From contig CAUQVF010000007.1 of NCBI GenBank assembly GCA_963521605.1, positions 8,388 to 72,387 of the forward strand: DNA of 64,000 nt. The letters run 5' to 3'. The position numbers and the translations under genes were made by a program. The stretch comes from an uncultured Peptostreptococcaceae bacterium. Lineage in GTDB: Bacteria; Bacillota; Clostridia; Peptostreptococcales; Filifactoraceae. The notes below the pieces were generated by a model that had not been told where the DNA came from, searched no databases, and worked only from the letters and a program-made list of their open reading frames with translations. Of this stretch, positions 58,230-64,000 are shown piece by piece; position 1 is the stretch's first letter; every line of letters starts with the position of its first letter.

Positions 58230-58398
58230 ATTTCCAACTTATTCAAATCACCGTTTATAATGTTATATATCTAGATTGATTGAAATATTATCTTTTTCAG
58301 TCTTAAATAACTCACTATTAATATATTACTGGACTATTTAATTGGTTTTTAGTATTAAATTTAAAGTTTTTTCCATTATTTGTATAATCAACAAAATA

Positions 58399-58429
58399 TA
58401 AAAAAACCACCGATTTATATCTCGGTGGT
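58399..58429 (-). terminator. Intrinsic terminator downstream of tuf
   Basis: Minus strand reads ACCACCGA-loop-TCGGTGGT followed by TTTTTTT. Confidence 0.7.
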
Positions 58430-58479
58430 CTTTTTACTTTATTCTTAATTTGTTTGTTGTTCTAAGCCCATACTAAAAA

Positions 58480-59673
58480 TTAGTGAAGTATTTTAGCAAC
58501 AACGCCTGCTCCAACTGTTCTTCCGCCTTCTCTTATAGCGAATCTCATACCTTCTTCCATAGCAACCGGAGTGATAAGTTCAACATCTATTGTTACGTTA
58601 TCTCCAGGCATAACCATTTCTACGCCTTCAGGAAGTTGGATGTCACCAGTAACGTCAGTTGTTCTGAAGTAGAATTGTGGTCTGTATCCTTTGAAGAAAG
58701 GAGTATGTCTACCACCTTCTTCTTTTTTCAAAACGTAGATTTCTGCAGAGAATTTAGTCTTAGGATGGATTGAACCCGGTTTAGCCAAAACTTGTCCTCT
58801 TTCTATATCTTCTCTGTTCACACCTCTAAGAAGTGCTCCTATGTTGTCACCTGCTTGAGCTTGGTCAAGAAGTTTTCTGAACATTTCAACTCCCGTAACA
58901 ACAACTTTTCTTGATTCTTCTTTAAGTCCAACTATTTCAACTTCGTCTTGAACTTTCAATATACCTCTTTCAACTCTACCAGTAGCAACTGTTCCTCTAC
59001 CTGTTATTGTAAATACGTCTTCTACAGGCATCAAGAATGGTTTGTCAGTGTCTCTAACCGGTTCAGGTATATAAGCGTCAACTTGTTCGAAAAGTTCAAG
59101 TATCTTGTCTCCCCAAGGGCTTTGTGGATCTTCAAGAGCCTTAAGAGCTGATCCTCTTATTATTGGAGTGTCATCTCCAGGGAATTCATATTCATTTAGC
59201 AAGTCTCTAACTTCCATTTCAACAAGTTCAAGAAGTTCTTCGTCTTCAACCATATCACATTTGTTTAGGAAAACAACTATATATGGTACACCAACTTGTC
59301 TTGAAAGTAGTATATGCTCTCTTGTTTGAGGCATTGGACCGTCAGCTGCTGAAACAACAAGTATAGCGCCGTCCATTTGAGCAGCTCCAGTTATCATGTT
59401 CTTAACGTAGTCGGCATGGCCCGGGCAGTCAACGTGAGCGTAGTGTCTGTTTGGTGTTTCATACTCAACGTGAGCTGTAGATATTGTGATACCTCTTTCT
59501 CTTTCTTCCGGTGCCTTATCTATATTGTCAAATGCAACTGCTTCACCAGTACCGTATCTATCGTGTAGAGTTTTTGTTATTGCTGCTGTAAGTGTAGTCT
59601 TACCATGGTCAACGTGTCCTATTGTTCCAATGTTAACGTGTGGTTTAGTTCTTTCAAATTTAGCCTTTGCCAT
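58480..59673 (-). CDS. tuf: Translation elongation factor Tu
   Basis: 397 aa beginning [28 protein letters not shown], with DCPGHADY and NKCD. Confidence 0.98.
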   Translation of the reverse strand: MAKAKFERTKPHVNIGTIGHVDHGKTTLTAAITKTLHDRYGTGEAVAFDNIDKAPEERERGITISTAHVEYETPNRHYAHVDCPGHADYVKNMITGAAQMDGAILVVSAADGPMPQTREHILLSRQVGVPYIVVFLNKCDMVEDEELLELVEMEVRDLLNEYEFPGDDTPIIRGSALKALEDPQSPWGDKILELFEQVDAYIPEPVRDTDKPFLMPVEDVFTITGRGTVATGRVERGILKVQDEVEIVGLKEESRKVVVTGVEMFRKLLDQAQAGDNIGALLRGVNREDIERGQVLAKPGSIHPKTKFSAEIYVLKKEEGGRHTPFFKGYRPQFYFRTTDVTGDIQLPEGVEMVMPGDNVTIDVELITPVAMEEGMRFAIREGGRTVGAGVVAKILH

Positions 59674-59803
59674 TTTTAAATTTCCTCCAATAATGAATTA
59701 TTTACAAAAATAAATATAATATTTCTAATTTTAAGTACATTACTGATGATTATAACAAAAATTTATAAAAATATCAATAATGTACTATTAATTTATTATC
59801 TTT

Positions 59804-61876
59804 TTATTTTCCTTTTTCGCTTATCTTTGTTGCTATTGATGCAGGAACTTCTTCGTAGTGGTCAAATATCATAGTGTAGTTTGCTCTACCTTGAGTTATT
59901 GAACGAAGTGTAGTTGCATATCCGAACATTTCAGAAAGAGGTACATAACCTGATATAGCTTGTGCTCCACCTACACGAGCTTCCATACCCTCTATTCTTC
60001 CTCTTCTTGAGTTAAGGTCTCCCATTACGTCTCCCATGTAATCTTCAGGAGTTATTATTTCAACTTTGAATATAGGTTCAAGTATTACAGGATTAGCCTT
60101 TCTCATACCGTCCTTGAATGCCATTGACGCTGCAACCTTAAACGCCATTTCTGATGAATCGACTTCATGGTATGATCCGTCATAAAGTTCAACTTTTACG
60201 TCAACAACCGGATATCCTGCAAGTACACCTGACTGCATTGCACCTTGTATACCGGCATCTACCGGTCCTATATATTCCTTCGGTATTGCTCCGCCGACAA
60301 TTGCATTGACGAATTCATATCCCTTACCGGGCTCTTGAGGTATCATTCTAATCTTAACGTGACCGTATTGTCCTCTACCACCTGATTGCTTAGCATATTT
60401 ATTTTCAATATCCACAGGTTTTTTGATAGTTTCTCTGTAAGCAACTTGCGGTGCACCGACATCCGCTTCGACTTTGAACTCTCTTAGAAGTCTGTCTACG
60501 ATGATTTCAAGGTGAAGCTCACCCATACCTGAAATTATAGTTTGTCCTGTTTCTTCGTCAGTTTTTACTCTGAATGTAGGGTCTTCTTCTGCAAGTCTTG
60601 CAAGAGCTGTACCCATCTTTTCCTGAGCAGCCTTTGACTTAGGCTCTATAGCAACTGAGATAACCGGATCAGGGAATTCCATTGATTCCAATATTATAGG
60701 TGCATTTGCATCGCAAAGAGTATCTCCTGTAGTAGTATCCTTAAGACCTACCGCTGCAGCGATATCTCCTGAATATACTTCAGTGATTTCTTTTCTTGTG
60801 TTAGCGTGCATTTGAAGAATACGACCTATTCTTTCTTTCTTGTTCTTAGTAGAGTTAAGTACATAAGAACCGGAGTTCAGTATACCTGAGTATACTCTAA
60901 AGAATGCAAGTTTTCCAACGAACGGGTCAGCCATTATCTTAAATGCCAACGCTGAGAAAGGCTCTTCGTCAGATGAATGCCTTTCAGACTCTTCACCGTT
61001 TGGAAGCACACCTTTGATAGCTTCTATATCAGTAGGAGCAGGCATGTAGTCAACTATAGCGTCAAGCAATAATTGTACGCCCTTATTTCTGTATGAAGTA
61101 CCGCAAAATACAGGGTTGATTGTTGTAGCTATAACAGCCTTTCTAAGGGCTACCTTCAGTTCTTCAACTGTAGGTTCTTCCCCTTCAAGGTATTTCATCA
61201 TCAATTCTTCATCAGTTTCAGAAATTGATTCAACCATCTTTTCTCTGTATTCTTTAGCCTTGTCAAGGTAATCAGCAGGGACATCCGTTACTTCTATGTT
61301 CTTACCTTCATTATCCTTGAATATATGAGCCTTCATAGTAAGAAGGTCTATCATACCTACAAAGTCATCTTCCGCTCCTATAGGTATGTGCATAGCCACT
61401 GCATTTGAACCAAGTCTGTCTTTCATCATTCCAACGACTCTGTAAAAATCAGCTCCTATTATATCCATCTTATTAACATAGGCTATTCTTGGTACCTTGT
61501 AGTTGTCAGCTTGTCTCCACACATTTTCTGATTGTGGTTCAACACCGCCCTTTGCACAAAATACCGCTACCGCACCGTCCAATACTCTAAGTGAACGTTC
61601 AACTTCCACTGTAAAGTCAACGTGTCCCGGTGTATCTATTATATTTATTCTATGGTCTTTCCAATGAGTTGTTGTAGCAGCAGAAGTAATTGTTATACCT
61701 CTTTCTTTTTCCTGCTCCATCCAGTCCATTTGAGATGCGCCTTCGTGAGTTTCTCCCAATTTGTGAGTAATACCTGTGTAGTAAAGTATTCTCTCTGTCG
61801 TAGTAGTCTTACCCGCATCTATGTGAGCCATTATTCCGATATTTCTCGTTCTTTCTAAAGGATATTCTCTACCCAC
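59804..61876 (-). CDS. fusA: Translation elongation factor G
   Basis: 690 aa with [29 protein letters not shown] and NKMD. GTG start 6 nt after AAGGAG. Confidence 0.98.
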   Translation of the reverse strand: MGREYPLERTRNIGIMAHIDAGKTTTTERILYYTGITHKLGETHEGASQMDWMEQEKERGITITSAATTTHWKDHRINIIDTPGHVDFTVEVERSLRVLDGAVAVFCAKGGVEPQSENVWRQADNYKVPRIAYVNKMDIIGADFYRVVGMMKDRLGSNAVAMHIPIGAEDDFVGMIDLLTMKAHIFKDNEGKNIEVTDVPADYLDKAKEYREKMVESISETDEELMMKYLEGEEPTVEELKVALRKAVIATTINPVFCGTSYRNKGVQLLLDAIVDYMPAPTDIEAIKGVLPNGEESERHSSDEEPFSALAFKIMADPFVGKLAFFRVYSGILNSGSYVLNSTKNKKERIGRILQMHANTRKEITEVYSGDIAAAVGLKDTTTGDTLCDANAPIILESMEFPDPVISVAIEPKSKAAQEKMGTALARLAEEDPTFRVKTDEETGQTIISGMGELHLEIIVDRLLREFKVEADVGAPQVAYRETIKKPVDIENKYAKQSGGRGQYGHVKIRMIPQEPGKGYEFVNAIVGGAIPKEYIGPVDAGIQGAMQSGVLAGYPVVDVKVELYDGSYHEVDSSEMAFKVAASMAFKDGMRKANPVILEPIFKVEIITPEDYMGDVMGDLNSRRGRIEGMEARVGGAQAISGYVPLSEMFGYATTLRSITQGRANYTMIFDHYEEVPASIATKISEKGK

Positions 61877-61931
61877 TTTTGTCTCCTTTCAAGTTTTTTT
61901 ATATGAATCTCATTATGCAATGAGACTCATA

Positions 61932-62402
61932 CTACCAACGATAATGTGCGAACGCTCTGTTTGCTTCCGCCATCTTATGAGTGTCTTCTCTCTTCTTAAC
62001 TGAAGCACCTGTATTATTAGCGGCATCCATTATCTCTTTAGCCAATTTTTCAGTCATTCCTTTTTCGCCTCTAAGTCTTGAGTATCTAACAAGCCATCTG
62101 ATACCCAATGTTTCTCTTCTGTCAGCTCTTACTTCTATAGGAACTTGGTAGTTCGCACCACCGACTCTTCTGGCTTTTACTTCAAGCACCGGCATTATGT
62201 TAGCCATAGCTTGTTCAAAAACTTCTACAGGATCTTTATCTGTTCTTTCTTTAATTAATTCAAACGCTCCGTATACTATCTTTTGAGAAGTTCCTTTCTT
62301 ACCATCAAGCATTACCTTGTTGATAAGTTTAGTAACTACTTTATTTGAGTATACCGGATCCGGTAATACTTCTCTCTTTGGTATCTTACCTTTTCTTGGC
62401 AT
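61932..62402 (-). CDS. rpsG: 30S ribosomal protein S7
   Basis: 156 aa beginning [15 protein letters not shown]......KLIN..M.DGKK and ending ...NRAFAHYRW. Confidence 0.98.
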   Translation of the reverse strand: MPRKGKIPKREVLPDPVYSNKVVTKLINKVMLDGKKGTSQKIVYGAFELIKERTDKDPVEVFEQAMANIMPVLEVKARRVGGANYQVPIEVRADRRETLGIRWLVRYSRLRGEKGMTEKLAKEIMDAANNTGASVKKREDTHKMAEANRAFAHYRW

Positions 62403-62522
62403 TTGCTTCCCTCCTTAATAAAAATTAATTCACCGGTACTCGACACTAAATCCTATGCCGCTTGCCTTTTATTTATATCATTTATAAAAAGCGTGGACAT
62501 CTGTTTGGTAAACTTATAGAGT

Positions 62523-62945
62523 TTACTTCTTTGCTTCTTTAGGTCTTTTAGCTCCGTATTTTGATCTTGCTTGTCTTCTTTTTTCTACTCCTGATGTATC
62601 AAGAGTTCCTCTTACTATGTGGTATCTTACCCCTGGTAAGTCCTTAACTCTACCACCTCTTATAAGCACAACGCTATGCTCTTGAAGATTGTGGCCTTCA
62701 CCCGGAATGTATGCAGATACTTCCATTGAGTTTGTAAGTCTTACTCTGGCAACCTTTCTTAAGGCAGAGTTTGGCTTTTTCGGTGTTACTGTCTTTACAG
62801 ATGTACAAACTCCTCTTTTTTGTGGAGCTGATATGTCTGTAGATTTTTTTCTTAATGAATTAAATCCCTTTTGAAGAGCAGGAGAAGTAGATTTCTTTTC
62901 CACTTTTTCTCTACCGCTTCTTATCAATTGACTGATAGTTGGCAT
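62523..62945 (-). CDS. rpsL: 30S ribosomal protein S12
   Basis: I trimmed the start to ATG 62945 ([11 protein letters not shown]), 5 nt after AAAGGAGGTG. Conserved [16 protein letters not shown]. Confidence 0.95.
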   Translation of the reverse strand: MPTISQLIRSGREKVEKKSTSPALQKGFNSLRKKSTDISAPQKRGVCTSVKTVTPKKPNSALRKVARVRLTNSMEVSAYIPGEGHNLQEHSVVLIRGGRVKDLPGVRYHIVRGTLDTSGVEKRRQARSKYGAKRPKEAKK

Positions 62946-63017
62946 TAAAGCACCTCCTTTTGTTTTATGTTTGCCAACAGCTATGTCCATAGCTTGATGT
63001 ATTTCACATACCGAATA

Positions 63018-63046
63018 ATTTTATCACTTTAATCCGCCATAGTCAA
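63018..63046 (-). promoter_or_regulatory. Candidate sigma-A promoter of the rpsL-rpsG-fusA-tuf operon
   Basis: Minus strand reads TTGACT-17 nt-TAAAAT with an extended -10 TG (TGATAAAAT), ~70 nt upstream of the rpsL ATG. Confidence 0.5.
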
Positions 63047-63286
63047 GCAGTTTTTTATTTTTTATGACTACATTTTGATTTTTTATATAAATATCTTTGA
63101 TAGACTTTCTAATTTAATTAATTATGATTTTATTATAGAGTTAGCTTTATTTAATACTAACTTTACAATATAGTACCTTTATAATAAGTCTACTTACTTT
63201 ACATGTATAACATAGTCTCATCATAGACGACTAATAATGTTAGATAATTTTAATTAATTTACTATTTACATACTTAAAAAATAGTA

Positions 63287-63315
63287 TTGTACAATCAAAA
63301 TAGATACGATATAAT
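63287..63315 (+). promoter_or_regulatory. Candidate sigma-A promoter of an orphan structured RNA
   Basis: TTGTAC-17 nt-TATAAT. Confidence 0.45.
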
Positions 63316-63334
63316 TGTATTATTATATTGTAAA

Positions 63335-63428
63335 GATTTGAATTTTATGAAGTAGAAAAGGCTCTCTACACACCTGCTTGTCAGGTACCTGAGATGGTGG
63401 GTACGCCGTCCACCCATAAAATCTAATC
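63335..63428 (+). ncRNA. Candidate structured RNA (four-way junction), class unknown
   Basis: A GC-rich island in an AT-rich spacer. The closing helix ATTTTATG (63342-49)/CATAAAAT (63415-22) is extended by GATT/AATC. It encloses three hairpins: GTAGA/TCTAC, ACCTG/CAGGT and GGTGG/CCACC. Bracketed by a promoter-like motif and a strong terminator. The fold is manual, with no covariation support. Confidence 0.35.
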
Positions 63429-63438
63429 GTATAAAGTT

Positions 63439-63469
63439 AAGAACAGGGCTTTTTCCCTGTTCTTTTTTT
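63439..63469 (+). terminator. Intrinsic terminator (plus strand; may also serve the convergent minus-strand ORF weakly)
   Basis: AAGAACAGGG-CTTTTT-CCCTGTTCTT running into T7. Confidence 0.7.
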
Positions 63470-63516
63470 AATTGACTAAAACAAATTATATAATTTTTAA
63501 TATCAAGCTAAATCTG

Positions 63517-64000
63517 TCATACTTTTTTCCATGTTACAAGACAATGTTTAAATAAGTCATATTCTACAAAAAACAGCTTATCCACTTTTTCACTCAATGC
63601 TACCATATTTTCATCTTTTTCAAGGTAATTGATATTAAATCTTGTCAAAAATCCCATATTTTCACTTCTTAAAGGATGGTCCCCATAATCTGTAACTGTT
63701 GATAAAAATCTATTTTGAGATATGTCTGCTTTACTTTGACAATCAGCAATGAATTCATAAGGAGTATTATATTTTATATTTTTACTTGCTTCAAACTCAC
63801 TTATCTTTCCGCTATCATCAGCAAATACATATCTAAGTACATCCTTATCTATCTTACCTTTTTTCAGCAGTTCGCAAAAATATTCTTTAGCTTTTTTACT
63901 TCTTCCTATAAGCTGAACTATTGAGCCATCTGCCTTTCTTATCAAAATCATTGAATCAAAAAACTTTCTATATATGCTTATCTGCTCATCTTCCGAGATA
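63517..64000 (-). CDS. Hypothetical protein (partial; N-terminus beyond window end)
   Basis: The 144-aa ORF in the track stays open upstream of its first Met (...ISEDEQISIYRKFFDS-MILIRK...) to position 64000. No motif recognised. Confidence 0.5.
   Translation of the reverse strand, partial: ISEDEQISIYRKFFDSMILIRKADGSIVQLIGRSKKAKEYFCELLKKGKIDKDVLRYVFADDSGKISEFEASKNIKYNTPYEFIADCQSKADISQNRFLSTVTDYGDHPLRSENMGFLTRFNINYLEKDENMVALSEKVDKLFFVEYDLFKHCLVTWKKV

Noticed and set aside
58185-58230. The palindromic core of the psuG terminator (…AAAGGGTTGTAAAAATGAAATTTTCATTCTTACAGCCCTTT…) puts an RBS-like AAGGG plus an ATG on both strands. This gives mirror mini-ORFs, MKFSFLQPF... on the plus strand and MKISFLQPF... 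on the minus strand, which look like a type I toxin or small hydrophobic peptide.
   Set aside because: The symmetry follows automatically from the hairpin sequence (ATGAAATTTTCAT is itself palindromic). The start codons would be buried in a stable stem-loop. The simpler reading is an intrinsic terminator.
63335-63428. The cloverleaf-like four-way junction could be a tRNA or tRNA-like gene.
   Set aside because: It lacks tRNA invariants: there is no GTTCRANYC T-loop and no D-loop GG. The middle hairpin has a 5-nt loop instead of a 7-nt anticodon loop, and the acceptor-equivalent helix is AU-only with no discriminator/CCA context.
1-64000. I looked for mobile elements, prophage, integrase or transposase genes, toxin-antitoxin pairs, restriction-modification or other defence cassettes, and for tRNA or rRNA genes.
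   Set aside because: No ORF translation shows the corresponding motifs (DDE or tyrosine recombinase, methyltransferase, nuclease or ATPase defence signatures). There are no long terminal inverted repeats or direct-repeat arrays. The only GC-rich structured-RNA islands are rnpB, the FMN riboswitch and the 63.36-63.42 kb element.

Overview
This is a visibly AT-rich chromosomal segment of Firmicutes/Clostridia type, and almost all of it is recognisable core genes. The ~33 kb at 1.6-35.5 kb on the minus strand is a Bacillus-like fla/che supercluster: flgB-flgC-fliE-fliF-fliG-fliH-fliI-fliJ-(MotE/YlxF-like)-fliK | flgD-flgE | flbD-motA-motB | fliL-fliM-fliY-cheY-fliO-fliP-fliQ-fliR | flhB-flhA-flhF-flhG-(PilZ)-cheB-cheA-cheW-cheC-cheD-(small membrane ORF)-sigD-(two unknown membrane ORFs)-(EAL+HDOD protein). 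Upstream of it on the minus strand lie RNase P RNA, ispF, a PASTA-containing class B PBP, a PTS glucose EIICBA gene with a RAT/terminator-like leader, and a late flagellar operon (fliD-fliS-fliT-like-yjfB-like). The plus strand carries recJ-apt-relA, an FMN riboswitch with ribD-ribE-ribBA-ribH, a UDG-superfamily gene and psuK-psuG. The window ends with the minus-strand rpsL-rpsG-fusA-tuf operon and a partial unknown ORF. I found no tRNA or rRNA genes, CRISPR arrays, transposases, integrases or prophage genes. I see no convincing novel multi-gene (defence-type) system. Five signals remain unexplained. (1) An orphan promoter, GC-rich four-way-junction RNA and terminator cassette at 63.29-63.47 kb points antisense into a convergent unknown gene. 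(2) A perfect 44-bp palindrome sits directly behind a near-consensus promoter, ~350 nt ahead of psuKG. (3) The FMN riboswitch is separated from ribD by two tandem terminators and a ~370-nt spacer. (4) An enlarged MotE/YlxF-like gene ends in three 36-bp in-frame tandem repeats. (5) Uncharacterised membrane proteins and c-di-GMP components (PilZ, EAL-HDOD) are hard-wired into the fla/che transcription unit. All functional calls come from motif recognition in the supplied translations and from gene order; no database search was run.
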